A stretch of 64,000 nucleotides of DNA, taken from assembly GCA_965198235.1 (NCBI GenBank), contig OZ240248.1:96001-160000 (forward strand), in the 5' to 3' direction. Position numbers and translations under genes: made by a program. Position 1 is the first letter of the stretch; every line of letters starts with the position of its first letter. Origin of the DNA: Candidatus Poribacteria bacterium (GTDB lineage Bacteria > Poribacteria > WGA-4E > WGA-3G). The notes under the pieces are model-generated. The model was not told the DNA's origin, did not search any database, and saw nothing but the letters and a program-made list of their open reading frames with translations. Of this stretch, positions 22,761 to 32,883 are shown in pieces.

Positions 22761-23829
22761 TTATGTCTCTGTCGTGGTATGTACTGCAACTTGGACACGT
22801 CCAATATCGGTCTGAAAGCGTTAGGTCTTTGTTGTGATAGCCACAATCAGAGCAAGGTTTTGTTGTAGCTGTCCAACGACCTACTTTCAAGAATGTTTTA
22901 CCATATTTGGCACAAGTCCATTGAAGTATCAATGAGAACTCACCGAAGGCAATATCAGAGATTTTGCGTCCCCAAAGTTTCTTCATGCCTTCAAGGTTGA
23001 GCGTCTCTATCGCAATTTTATCGTATCTGCGAACAAGGCGGAGTGCTAACTTGAAAAACCAGTCCCTTCTACGATCTGCTATATCCTTATGGACGCTGGA
23101 AAGGTGGCGTTTGGCACGAAACCAGCCATTAGAAAGATACTGCTTACGAGAGAGTGCCTTGTTTGCTGAACGGGTTGCGTTGAGACTTTGCTTATAGAAC
23201 TCTGGTGACTCTATCTTGATACCGTCTGAAAGTGTAAGGAATGTTTTAGAACCGAAATCTGCCCCTGCCTCATTACGGGTCAATGGGAGTTTTTCGGAAG
23301 GTTCGCAATCCTCGCAGACAATATAGAGAGAGTAGTCGCCTACATTATCACGTTTGATTGTTATTTTCTTTATCGTGCCTGTCCACTCGCGGTGTTTCCA
23401 AAAGGTGAACGACTTTTTGAGACAGTTGATTGTCAGACGGTTGCCTTCTATTTTGTAACCTGTCTGTGTGAACGTCACGGATTTATATTTATGGTTCGGT
23501 TTGATTTTCGGTTTGCCAACTTTGCGTTTCGTTTTACCTAATTTCCTATCTTCTATGTTGTCAAAGAACCGCTGGTAACCTAAATCTATACGGATAGCAA
23601 CGTCTTGTATCATTTGACTCGGCAAAGCGTTCCAATGTGGTTTTGTTGTCCACTTCAATTGGGTAATATGTTTCAAAATACGAGAAAGTGAAGCATACTT
23701 ACCATAAATCCGATAGTAACGGCGTTGAAGACGCAACAAATGAACATGCACACCGTGCAAATCATCTATAAGATTACCAAGTATGATTATATTGGATTGG
23801 TGATAGAACTCATATTTTTCTGTTTTCAT
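22717..23829 (-). CDS. tnpB: RNA-guided endonuclease TnpB
   Basis: RuvC motifs GADFG, IETLNL, DRDINAA; Zn finger CSDC...CPSC. Confidence 0.93.
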   Translation of the reverse strand: MKTEKYEFYHQSNIIILGNLIDDLHGVHVHLLRLQRRYYRIYGKYASLSRILKHITQLKWTTKPHWNALPSQMIQDVAIRIDLGYQRFFDNIEDRKLGKTKRKVGKPKIKPNHKYKSVTFTQTGYKIEGNRLTINCLKKSFTFWKHREWTGTIKKITIKRDNVGDYSLYIVCEDCEPSEKLPLTRNEAGADFGSKTFLTLSDGIKIESPEFYKQSLNATRSANKALSRKQYLSNGWFRAKRHLSSVHKDIADRRRDWFFKLALRLVRRYDKIAIETLNLEGMKKLWGRKISDIAFGEFSLILQWTCAKYGKTFLKVGRWTATTKPCSDCGYHNKDLTLSDRYWTCPSCSTYHDRDINAAINILRVGVPWT

Positions 23830-24245
23830 TGTCCGCTTTGACCTTCAATATAGTCTTTTATCACTTGTAGTGTTACACCACCACAGGAACTTACAAATTT
23901 TGAACGCGTCCAAAGTGAAGGTAGACGACTTTTTAGAGACGGGTGTTCTTCACGTAACACTTTTGAGGTGTAACTTTTGATCTTACCAATGATTTTATCT
24001 ACAGAGTCTATCGGAGGTATCTCTATGAGCAAGTGAACATGCTCTGCCTGTGTTTCAACTTCACGAATTTGATAACCATACTCGCCTTGTTTTTCTCGTA
24101 TCAGTTGCTTTAGGCGACCTTGTATTTGAGTATCCAAAACCTTACGACGATACTTGGTACACCAAATTACGTGATATTGACAACTATAGATTGTTTTGTT
24201 TGTTGTTCGGTAATCACGCTTTTTATTAGAGATTTTTAGTGGCAT
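23826..24245 (-). CDS. tnpA: Y1 (HUH) transposase TnpA
   Basis: YHVIWCTKYRR, EHVHLL (HUH), IKDYIEGQ catalytic Tyr; ATGA overlap with tnpB. Confidence 0.93.
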   Translation of the reverse strand: MPLKISNKKRDYRTTNKTIYSCQYHVIWCTKYRRKVLDTQIQGRLKQLIREKQGEYGYQIREVETQAEHVHLLIEIPPIDSVDKIIGKIKSYTSKVLREEHPSLKSRLPSLWTRSKFVSSCGGVTLQVIKDYIEGQSGQ

Positions 24246-24278
24246 AATATCTTACCTTTCTATTATAGTGTATAGTAT

Positions 24279-24307
24279 ATTATACCACATTTTGATTAGA
24301 TTGTCAA
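24279..24307 (-). promoter_or_regulatory. Consensus sigma-70 promoter inside the IS left end
   Basis: TTGACA-17nt-TATAAT with extended -10 TG on the minus strand. Confidence 0.8.
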
Positions 24308-24414
24308 ATATATTTTCAATCAACGTATTAGCCGTCTACATCCCGCAAGCTAAAGCATGGGGATTTGACGGAAGATTGTTAAACAAATCGCTCTATTTAA
24401 CGCCTTGCGAATAA

Positions 24415-25458
24415 TTAAAAATTGTTTGAGACTGCCTTCAGTCCTTCTAACTTCGCGAGTGCCGCGCCTGAGTCAATGGATTCCGAGGCAAGTTCGATAC
24501 CCGCATCAAGGCTATCCGCTTTCCCGCTCGCAGTAATCGCCGCGCCAGCGTTTAGCACAACGATATCGCGTTTGGGTCCCTTCTCACCCTCCAGGAGATT
24601 GACTATGATTTCAGCGTTCTCCTCCGGCGCGCCACCTAAGAGTGCTTCAGGTTCCGTTCTCGGAATGCCGAGTGTTGTGGGATCCAGGACATAGGTTTTA
24701 ACGGTGCCGTTTCGGAGTTCGGAGACGCGTGAGGTTGTTGTCGTTGTGATGTCATCCAAACCGTCATCCCCACGCACGATAAATGCATGTTGGCACCCGA
24801 GGTTGTTCAGCGCATTCGCATGAGCCTCAGTCAGTTCTGGTGCATAGACACCGATCACCTGTGCCTGCGGTCCTGCCGGATTGGTCAGTGGTGCTATGGT
24901 ATTGAAAATCGTCCGAATCCCGATTTCTCGCCGCGGTCCGATGGCGTATTTCATCGCGCCGTGCAGTGTTGGTGCAAATAGAAAACCGATGCCGACTTCA
25001 TCAATGCATCGTCCGACGTGATCGGGACCAATTTCAATGTTCACGCCCAATGCCATGAGGACGTTCGCGCTACCGCTCTGCCGTGTTACGCCTCGATTGC
25101 CGTGCTTTGCGACCGGCACGTCTGCGCCGGCGGTAACAATGGCAGAAGTTGTTGAGATATTGAAATGGTTTAAACCTGTGCCACCTGTGCTACATGTATC
25201 GACAAGTCGTGGGACCTTCGGCGTGGCTTGCAAGTCAGGCGTATGAAGTGTGGGAACAAGCGTGGCTTTGGCGCGCATCGCACGCGTTGCCCCTGTCAGT
25301 TCTTCTATTGTCTCGCCTTTAAGCCGCAATGCGGTAAGAAAACATGCGATCTGAGCATCTGTCGTCTCACCCTCCATGATCTCGTTCATGGTATCAATCA
25401 TTTCTGCTTCGGTTAAAGCATTTCCTGCCATAACCTGCTGAATCGCTTCACGAATCAT
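24415..25458 (-). CDS. trpD: Anthranilate phosphoribosyltransferase
   Basis: DTCSTGG, FNIST, KHGNR, FLFAP, LTNPA. Confidence 0.95.
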   Translation of the reverse strand: MIREAIQQVMAGNALTEAEMIDTMNEIMEGETTDAQIACFLTALRLKGETIEELTGATRAMRAKATLVPTLHTPDLQATPKVPRLVDTCSTGGTGLNHFNISTTSAIVTAGADVPVAKHGNRGVTRQSGSANVLMALGVNIEIGPDHVGRCIDEVGIGFLFAPTLHGAMKYAIGPRREIGIRTIFNTIAPLTNPAGPQAQVIGVYAPELTEAHANALNNLGCQHAFIVRGDDGLDDITTTTTSRVSELRNGTVKTYVLDPTTLGIPRTEPEALLGGAPEENAEIIVNLLEGEKGPKRDIVVLNAGAAITASGKADSLDAGIELASESIDSGAALAKLEGLKAVSNNF

Positions 25459-25554
25459 CTTTTTAATTTTAACCTCCTGGACTAAAGAAATCCGAAGAAA
25501 TACCCAAGCAAAAACCCCTCCATTTCATTTCGGGCAGGTTTATCGCGACTTTTT

Positions 25555-26388
25555 TCAGTAATTTTTGATAAACAACTCGTTTCCTTTTGCCGCATTCCCT
25601 TTCCGGTAATTGTTCATCCCGTATTGTAACGTCCATTCCTGAATCTCGGCAAAATCGAAGAGTTCCCTGATGGCAGGTGAGTCGTCGTATGTAATCAACC
25701 ACTTGTGCGGACATTTTCGCATATTTTCGGCGAATTGCACGTGGTCAAAAGCGGTATGCAACACGCCTCTCACCCCGTATAGTTTCGACTCAGTTGCTCT
25801 CCAATAGGGCGGATCCAGAAAGATGAATACATCGCTGCCATCTTGGAAAAGTGCGTCGGTATAATCCGCATTCGTGATTTTGACATCGGAAAGATAGGGA
25901 CAGATATTTTTCACACGTTCGATGGATGAATCCGTAAAACGCTTCTCGTAAGCAGATTGTGAGTATCCGCCGGAATCCACCACACCAGAAAAAGTAATGC
26001 GGTTGAGCACGAAGAAGCGCACCGCGCGTTGAAACTCACAGAGTAACTCTCGATTTTGGCTCAGTTCATCTTTTGTCTTTGTTAATTCTTTAAACAGGGT
26101 CCGTCCGTTTGTGGTAGTTGTCCGTTTTTCTTTTAATGCTTCAACTAAACTGGGTCCCTGGTCTCTGACCTGTTTCCAGAAGCAGTAGAGATCGTAGTTG
26201 AGATCGTTAATCCAGTAGGAGGTGATCCGGTTTTGAAAGAGGCTTCGGATCGCAAAAAAGACAGAACCTCCACCGACGAAAGGCTCTCGGAATTCCGATA
26301 TATTCAGTGGAATCAGCGGCAGAATCTGTTTGAGTGCCCTTGATTTACCCCCTGGATACCGCAACGGACTTTTGGCTAATTTACGCAT
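25555..26388 (-). CDS. DNA adenine methyltransferase, Dam/D12 (alpha) class
   Basis: SPLRYPGGKS, EPFVGGGSV, FLDPPY. Confidence 0.9.
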   Translation of the reverse strand: MRKLAKSPLRYPGGKSRALKQILPLIPLNISEFREPFVGGGSVFFAIRSLFQNRITSYWINDLNYDLYCFWKQVRDQGPSLVEALKEKRTTTTNGRTLFKELTKTKDELSQNRELLCEFQRAVRFFVLNRITFSGVVDSGGYSQSAYEKRFTDSSIERVKNICPYLSDVKITNADYTDALFQDGSDVFIFLDPPYWRATESKLYGVRGVLHTAFDHVQFAENMRKCPHKWLITYDDSPAIRELFDFAEIQEWTLQYGMNNYRKGNAAKGNELFIKNY

Positions 26389-27523
26389 GACGACCTGTTA
26401 TCCATACTTGTAATTTGTTATTTTCACCCACTTCTTGGTTAAGCAAAATGAGTCTTTTTTGATATGTTCGCGTCAAGCGATTTTCTGCACAAAAATTGAA
26501 CACATCCTCAGTGTCACAAGGTAAAAGTAGGTTACCAACGAGATCACCTGTTAGTTTCAATCGGGTGATAAACTGGATATTTGTCCTTTCGTCTATTGCT
26601 ACTTCTTCCATATTCGCAAAAAGAATCAGTTTGAACAAACCATCCTTGATGTCATCTTCAGACGGAAGTTTCCCCTTGCTACTGTTTTTAGATTCTTGTA
26701 TGACTAACCGGTCATTCTCCCAGTAAACTTCATCAGCGGTTAAATAATACTGCCCGCCGAGATAGTTTGAAATGCCGAAAACGCCGTTAGTATTTTCTTC
26801 AAGGGATTCTAAGACGTGCGTTGTTACAGATTCTCTATGGGCAGCTTGGTACGAGCGTGGGAGACTTGCTTCTTTAAATGAGTTTAGACTAAAATGACCG
26901 TTTACTTTAAACCTTTCAAGAGTCTGTAGATGGTTTTTGGGACTGTGAACGGCGACGTTTCTCTCTTGGGATATTCTCTTGTATCCATCAACCGCGTTCA
27001 GATAAATTGACGCAAAATCTTTCTCGAAATGTGTCGTGTTCCAGTGCAACGCCGTCATCCGATACTGACTTACTTCAAACAATTTCTTACGTACGCTTTC
27101 AGCATTTAGGATCTGATCGGTAATTCGGTTTGTTGTGCCAGGTTTTCTCTCCGCATCTTCATACCACGCCAAGATGATATATATGTTTAGGAGATTCATC
27201 CATGAGAATGTGATAAAGTTAATCCGATCATTATTCTGGGTCCCCGCGCCCTCGTCTTTGATGATCGGAATAATTGTAACCTTTTTTGTATTGAAGTGGA
27301 ACGTGTTATAAATCCGTGCGAAAGGGTAAGAGCGCGTCCGTTTCGGTGAAACCCATTTTGAAAAAGCCAGATTGTTTCCTGATGTGCCCAAATCAATTAG
27401 ACCGGATGCCCGTGCTTGATTCACATCAAATTGATTTACATCGTACGCTTCAAATTTCTCTGGATTGAGATAGGGTGTATATGTCGCATCTCTTATGAAA
27501 CCTTTCAAAAAGAGGGTCTCCAT
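26381..27523 (-). CDS. Putative restriction endonuclease cognate to the downstream MTase
   Basis: TADEV...IQESKNS nuclease-like motif; overlaps MTase start; start set at ATG 27523 after GGAGG. Confidence 0.6.
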   Translation of the reverse strand: METLFLKGFIRDATYTPYLNPEKFEAYDVNQFDVNQARASGLIDLGTSGNNLAFSKWVSPKRTRSYPFARIYNTFHFNTKKVTIIPIIKDEGAGTQNNDRINFITFSWMNLLNIYIILAWYEDAERKPGTTNRITDQILNAESVRKKLFEVSQYRMTALHWNTTHFEKDFASIYLNAVDGYKRISQERNVAVHSPKNHLQTLERFKVNGHFSLNSFKEASLPRSYQAAHRESVTTHVLESLEENTNGVFGISNYLGGQYYLTADEVYWENDRLVIQESKNSSKGKLPSEDDIKDGLFKLILFANMEEVAIDERTNIQFITRLKLTGDLVGNLLLPCDTEDVFNFCAENRLTRTYQKRLILLNQEVGENNKLQVWITGRHA

Positions 27524-27752
27524 TGGATGCCTCCACGTTGAAAAAATTTGGTGGTGTTCCCCTAAAGGGGTGTTTTCCATTCTTAAAGTATAGCACGCTT
27601 TGTTTGAGTTTTCAACCTGCTCACCCAGAATCGCCAAATTACCCATTTATTTTCTTAAACTTCATGAGGGGTGATATCCCTATAAAAAGAGCGTATTTAA
27701 GCGACTGCCAGCCGCAGAAAGTGCTATGTCTATAATAGGTAGCAACCTACGG

Positions 27753-29678
27753 TTAAAATAAAAACCGGTACATCGGTTGATTTGCCGTAATTCCTATGAG
27801 GCTCCATACGCTACCGACGATGAATTCGCCTAAAATCAGACCAAGAAAGAACGGAATAAGTTTTCGGTGGGCACTCACACCACCGTGCCGAAGAATAATC
27901 CATTTGATGACTGAGCTCACTAAAATCGAAAACCAGAACACATTCATTGACCAGCTGCTGGAGATAGCGAACCCAGCGGGGTGAAAGGGCCACCAAAAGA
28001 GCCGCATCCGCATTACCATCAGGAAGCCGGTGATGAGGAAACCGATACACATTGCAACGATTGCTGGTACATCTGGTGTTCTCGGCGAGGTCAGCCAACT
28101 TTGGAGTCGATTGAAAGGTCTCCCGGCGAACCAGTCCCGCGCGCCTTCAATGTAAGAAATATGATAGAATGCCCAAAATGAGGCGAATGTCCCGACGACA
28201 ATTGCAAGGCACATTGCAATTAGCAACCGTCGATTGGAAATTCCGGTTCGTTCCGCTAATTTAAATCCTTCCAAGATGTGTGGCATCGGATGTCCACGAT
28301 AGGCGCGATTGAAGAAGAACAGGTACGCTATTATGGTTAAGTTGTGCGGACCGAGCAGGCGCGTTCCGAAAATGCGAGGCATCATCTCATCAGGTCCGAT
28401 GAAATGCAAATCGTGGACAGGCGATCCGAGCTCCGCACGCATTCGGGTCACCGCCGTAGAGATGGCATAATAGATACCAAAAAATACAAGGACCACCCAG
28501 ATAGACATCCCCGCCGTTTTGCAGAAGCCAACGATAAACGCAAGACTCGCGATCAGTCCTAACACTGTCACTCGATAGGACATCGGTTCGTCTGAGTCAT
28601 CAACACTCCGATCATTTCTAAATAACTTGCGTCCGACTTGTGCGAGGTGTTTTCGCGTCGCCACAATCGCGATGACAAACAAGCCGAGATATGCCCCAAA
28701 AGATTGTTCATCGGTGAAAGGGAAGTTTGGCATGCCGCGGACCCCTAAGGCATCTCCGAAGACTCGTTCTACCTTCCAAAAGAGATAGAAAAACCAGCAG
28801 GAAAACGACAAGTCCAGCGGAATAAAGAAAGCGATGCCTACCGCGAACGGAAACACAGCTATCGGGCTCCATCCCACAGCACTCCACGGTTTCTGTGTAA
28901 AGAGCGGACGTAAATCGTAGAGTCTGCCACCCAAACTCGGCACGGTGGGATAGAGGTAGTGAAGTCCATTGAGGATGTCAATTGCACCTGCGATGCCAAA
29001 GCCGAGCCACATCATCTTATTCGTCAGCAAGTTTGTTCTACCGCCACTTGTCAGTTCAAGTGGTAGTTGAATAATGGGGTAGCTCAGTTTCTCGTGCTCT
29101 GTCCACTGTTTCCGGACGAGGCTGTTAATACACACCATCAGGAAGACCATTGCACATAGGAAGCCTCCCCAGACAAAAGTTGTTGTCAGCCATCCTTGTA
29201 TAGTTTCCCATTGGTAAAGGGTTGTTTCGCCGCGATAATACTCCGTTAAGAAAGATCTTGCCTTGACAGCCATCCAATCGGGGATATACCGATGAAACAG
29301 ATCTGCCCAGTCATTTTCTGGTGTCGCGTACCAGAACGCATACGGAATCATCGGGATCAATACGCGAAGTACATCGTGTCCTGCGAGGGAGGAAGCAATC
29401 GCCAACATAACATAAATCGTCAGCAATTCGCCTTGCTGCATTGCAACCCTTGGTGCTATCCGGACTAAGAAGAGATTAACACCTATGATAGCAAAGATGC
29501 AGAAGATGACGTTAAAGTAGAGAGAGATAGTGGTCGGATACCCTTGGCCGGCAGAGTCCAGAATCCAGTACATGTTTGGGATGATAAGGACAGTACCGAG
29601 TAGAATCGCTCGCCAGGATGCTCCATATTTGGAGGGTTCTCTGAATCTGTGAGGTTCTGAGGTTAATTCACTTTTCAA
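27753..29678 (-). CDS. Multi-pass membrane protein (DUF6785/DUF6784-like putative transporter)
   Basis: Many TM helices; QWTEHEKLSYPIIQLP, RMRAELG, WWPFHPAG, PFFLGLILGE. Confidence 0.7.
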   Translation of the reverse strand: MKSELTSEPHRFREPSKYGASWRAILLGTVLIIPNMYWILDSAGQGYPTTISLYFNVIFCIFAIIGVNLFLVRIAPRVAMQQGELLTIYVMLAIASSLAGHDVLRVLIPMIPYAFWYATPENDWADLFHRYIPDWMAVKARSFLTEYYRGETTLYQWETIQGWLTTTFVWGGFLCAMVFLMVCINSLVRKQWTEHEKLSYPIIQLPLELTSGGRTNLLTNKMMWLGFGIAGAIDILNGLHYLYPTVPSLGGRLYDLRPLFTQKPWSAVGWSPIAVFPFAVGIAFFIPLDLSFSCWFFYLFWKVERVFGDALGVRGMPNFPFTDEQSFGAYLGLFVIAIVATRKHLAQVGRKLFRNDRSVDDSDEPMSYRVTVLGLIASLAFIVGFCKTAGMSIWVVLVFFGIYYAISTAVTRMRAELGSPVHDLHFIGPDEMMPRIFGTRLLGPHNLTIIAYLFFFNRAYRGHPMPHILEGFKLAERTGISNRRLLIAMCLAIVVGTFASFWAFYHISYIEGARDWFAGRPFNRLQSWLTSPRTPDVPAIVAMCIGFLITGFLMVMRMRLFWWPFHPAGFAISSSWSMNVFWFSILVSSVIKWIILRHGGVSAHRKLIPFFLGLILGEFIVGSVWSLIGITANQPMYRFLF

Positions 29679-29915
29679 ATTGCGTGACGCTACCTCTCTA
29701 TAACACGTCTGTTAGCACTTGGATGGAGATTAACCAGAGTCCTTCGTTGAGGGCTCTGTCGGACACTTTTCCTTCAAATTAAATGTATTTTTACCGATTG
29801 CGAAAATAAAATTGCTTTGAAATTTTTTCGGTGTGTCCTGTATAATAATAATAATATGATTTGAATCTCGATCAACAGATCGAGGCTATTTTTAGCACGC
29901 CAAAGGATAAACGCT

Positions 29916-30752
29916 ATGGATACTACAACAGATCTTAATCAAGCAGCAGTCTTTACGCCGGAGCATAAGGAATTTGTCGAAAACAATGGGTATCTGCTAA
30001 TAAGAAATGCCTTACCCCGTGATGTAGTCGCGGAAATTGATGCTGCCGTTGACGAGGTTTATGCTGAAGAGGAAGCCGCGGGCAGACTTGAGGATGGTGG
30101 TAAATTAAACCTCCGTAACTGCATCACGCACCACGAGGCGTTTCTCCAACTCCTTGATTGGCAGAAAACGGTGCCGCTCGCCTACGGGGTTCTCAATTGG
30201 AACGTACAGATGATTACGTCGCACCTCATTGTACTCCCCTCAAAAGAGGAACCGCCTCCTGAGGTGAAGAACCGCATCGGCTTGCACCGCGACGGTGGCA
30301 CGTCACATGGCGAGATGCAGGAACCCCACCCTCGCATCATGCTCAAGATTGCTTACGCCATCAACGACCAGTCCGACCCTGGCTCCGGTGCGACCGTGCT
30401 GGTCCCGGGGAGTAACCGATTGACAGGCAGACCCCCACTTGACCCAGATACAGGCTGGGCACGAGGTGCCATTTCTATGAACGTCAACGCGGGAGATGCC
30501 TTCCTCTTTGAACAACGAACATGGCACGGCATTGGACACAACTGGTCGGGTCTGCCACGCAAAACCATTTTTATGGGATATGCTTACCGCTGGGTCAAAC
30601 CGATGGATTATATCACGATGCCTGATGAACTCGTTGCCAAATGCAACCCAATTCAGAAGCAGTTGATTGGGGTCGTCAGTGATCCGCTCAGTTACTATCT
30701 GCCGAAAGATCAGGATGTACCGCTGCGCTCATTACTTGGTTCACAGGGTTAG
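29916..30752 (+). CDS. Phytanoyl-CoA dioxygenase (PhyH) family protein
   Basis: ENNGYLLIRNAL, LHRDG, LVPGSN, GDAFLF...WHG. Confidence 0.87.
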   Translation: MDTTTDLNQAAVFTPEHKEFVENNGYLLIRNALPRDVVAEIDAAVDEVYAEEEAAGRLEDGGKLNLRNCITHHEAFLQLLDWQKTVPLAYGVLNWNVQMITSHLIVLPSKEEPPPEVKNRIGLHRDGGTSHGEMQEPHPRIMLKIAYAINDQSDPGSGATVLVPGSNRLTGRPPLDPDTGWARGAISMNVNAGDAFLFEQRTWHGIGHNWSGLPRKTIFMGYAYRWVKPMDYITMPDELVAKCNPIQKQLIGVVSDPLSYYLPKDQDVPLRSLLGSQG

Positions 30753-30792
30753 CTGGTAAACCTATATTGCAAAATGAGGGAGCATCCACTCC

Positions 30793-31698
30793 CTATTCAA
30801 GTTCGCTTTTGAGCGAAAGGCTGTAGTCGAGCAGCGCGTTTGCATACGGTATGTTGTGAAGCCCGTACCCATTGTCGCCTTTAACCATGTCGTAGTTCAG
30901 TTTTGCGTCCAAATAGGCTTGCGAAGTTTTATTAGGGGCAGCATCAAGCATTGTTTTAACAGCCTGCATCTTTGCCTCTATTTCGGCACGGTATTGTGGT
31001 AACTTTGTCTCCATACTGTTGTCGGCACTATCGTGGCAACCCGCGGTGCTACATACCGAGAAATCCGCTTTGAATGTGTGGCCCCCGTATTGAGCGACTG
31101 TCTCTGGATCCTCTTTTGCCATGTGGCATTGCACGCATCGTTTTTTCATCGCGCGCACATGTGGCGATGGCATCCGTTTCACACCGGCACCCTCGCGACC
31201 CAGGAACATCTCCGACTGTGATTGGTGAATGATACCAGCACCTGCACAACCACAGTCCATTTTATGGCAGTCAACACATAACTTCCTCGCAGGTCTCACC
31301 AGTAAATGTTCCGATCTGCTGTTGTGTGAATGGCATGAGGAGCAGGCAACGGCATTCACCGCCGTCTCTATGTTATAGGTATGCCCTGGGTAAACCCGAT
31401 CGCTGAAAACTTCATAGCCAGAAGAGTGGCAGCTTAGGCACGAGGTCTGGAGCTCATAGGGACCCTCAATCAGGTTGACAAGGGCGTGTGAGTGCCCCGC
31501 TTGCTTCCATTCTTGATAGGCAGGTTCAGTGCCGTGACATTTGTTGCATCCTTCAGCAAAGGGTGTTGTTGGGTTAGACGTAGCCGCCTCTATAGGTGCT
31601 GCGTGCAGTGTCGCAATATTGTCATTGCCACAAAGTGTAAAAAGGGCAACCGTTCCCATCAGTAGGGACAACCCTAAAAATAAGAAAACCTGTTTCAT
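30793..31698 (-). CDS. Exported multiheme cytochrome c
   Basis: Signal peptide; five CxxCH (CNKCH, CLSCH, CSSCH, CVDCH, CVQCH) plus CSTAGCH; C-terminal GLHN. Confidence 0.88.
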   Translation of the reverse strand: MKQVFLFLGLSLLMGTVALFTLCGNDNIATLHAAPIEAATSNPTTPFAEGCNKCHGTEPAYQEWKQAGHSHALVNLIEGPYELQTSCLSCHSSGYEVFSDRVYPGHTYNIETAVNAVACSSCHSHNSRSEHLLVRPARKLCVDCHKMDCGCAGAGIIHQSQSEMFLGREGAGVKRMPSPHVRAMKKRCVQCHMAKEDPETVAQYGGHTFKADFSVCSTAGCHDSADNSMETKLPQYRAEIEAKMQAVKTMLDAAPNKTSQAYLDAKLNYDMVKGDNGYGLHNIPYANALLDYSLSLKSELE

Positions 31699-31852
31699 TT
31701 TTTAATTTATTGCTCCTGGGCACCGCTCCATTTCATTACGCGGTGGTTTTCGGTGATCCTATACCTATTTTGGATCTTAGAGATTTTTTTAATTTGGTTA
31801 CCCGTTAACAATGAGATGGAATGAACGTTTGGTATACGCTTCGCACAGGTTT

Positions 31853-31931
31853 CCCCGACCTTAGGTGGGGGTAGTTGACCAAAGCAGATGTTCTATACGA
31901 ACCCCATTGCTTTAGCCGCCGGAGCATATCA
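31853..31931. mobile_element. Orphan IS200/IS605-type end remnants
   Basis: CCCCGACCTTAGGTGGGGGTAGTTGAC and GAACCCCATTGCTTTAGCCGCCGGAGCATATCA resemble IS605-family terminal hairpins. Confidence 0.5.
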
Positions 31932-32178
31932 GTATACCTTATCTTGATTAAATATGATACCTGATTTTATGAAATATGTCAATTTTTAATTATTCCTTGC
32001 GGTTCGGTTAGGTGGGTTGGGATTTTCAAGTTCATCTCCGTAGAGCCGTCTTCCACTTCGTTTCAGACTACGCGCTCTCGCTAATTTTAAGTAGAACTTA
32101 ACACATAATTCCATCTAATATTGTGCTAAGCTCGCGAGGAAACTTCGATCTGGAGATCAAACTATAGGAGGGACTTTG

Positions 32179-32844
32179 ATGTCTCAATCTGGAAACGGAA
32201 TTAACCTTTTCAATGGTAAAAATATGGAGGGTTGGCTCGCCCGAGGTGGCGCACCACAACATGAATGGGATGCCGCTGGCAGCGTCGCTCTCAACTCCGA
32301 TGATGCTAAACTGCTGACAACAACGGCAGGCGAGGGAATTTTTTGTAACGGTGCCACAGGACGAACCATCGACATCTACACCGAGGCTGAGTACGGTGAT
32401 TGTGAACTCCATTTGGAATTTATGGTGCCACAAGGTTCTAACTCAGGTGTTTATCTCATGGGGAGATACGAACTTCAGATATTGGACAGCTGGGGTGAAA
32501 CGGAGCTCCACTATGGGACCTGTGGGGGTGTATATTGCCGTTGGATCGACAATCAACCGGTAGACGGTGTGCCGCCGCGCGTCAATGCCAGTAAACCTCC
32601 AGGCGAATGGCAGACGTACGACATCACCTTCCGCGCACCAAAATTCGATGCCGATGGTAATAAAATTGCCAATGCTACCTTTGTCAAAGTCGTGTGGAAT
32701 GGACAGGTAATCCATGAAGATGTTGAAGTGGTGGGTTGCACGCGCGGGACAATGATTGAAGATGAAGCCGCTATGGGTCCGTTAATGTTGCAAGGCGACC
32801 ATGGACCTGTTGCCTTTCGCAACGTTGTGTTGAAATCTGCTTAA
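32179..32844 (+). CDS. DUF1080 (3-keto-disaccharide hydrolase-like) protein
   Basis: LFNGKNMEGW, NSGVY, YELQILDS, GEWQTYDI, LQGDHGPVAFRN. Confidence 0.88.
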   Translation: MSQSGNGINLFNGKNMEGWLARGGAPQHEWDAAGSVALNSDDAKLLTTTAGEGIFCNGATGRTIDIYTEAEYGDCELHLEFMVPQGSNSGVYLMGRYELQILDSWGETELHYGTCGGVYCRWIDNQPVDGVPPRVNASKPPGEWQTYDITFRAPKFDADGNKIANATFVKVVWNGQVIHEDVEVVGCTRGTMIEDEAAMGPLMLQGDHGPVAFRNVVLKSA

Positions 32845-32883
32845 GTCTTTTTGTCTATGGATATACCTTCTTAAGGAAATGTT

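Larger units (their letters stand above)
22587..24378 (-). mobile_element. IS200/IS605-family element (tnpA+tnpB)
   Basis: Left-end hairpin 24332-24371; right-end hairpin GAAGCCCCTACCTTTAGGTAGTGGGTAGTATCAC (minus strand, 22620-22587); no terminal IRs; boundaries inferred. Confidence 0.88.

Noticed and set aside
22717-23829. Possible Cas12f/type V CRISPR effector
   Set aside because: Coupled to Y1 tnpA with IS ends and no array, so ordinary TnpB
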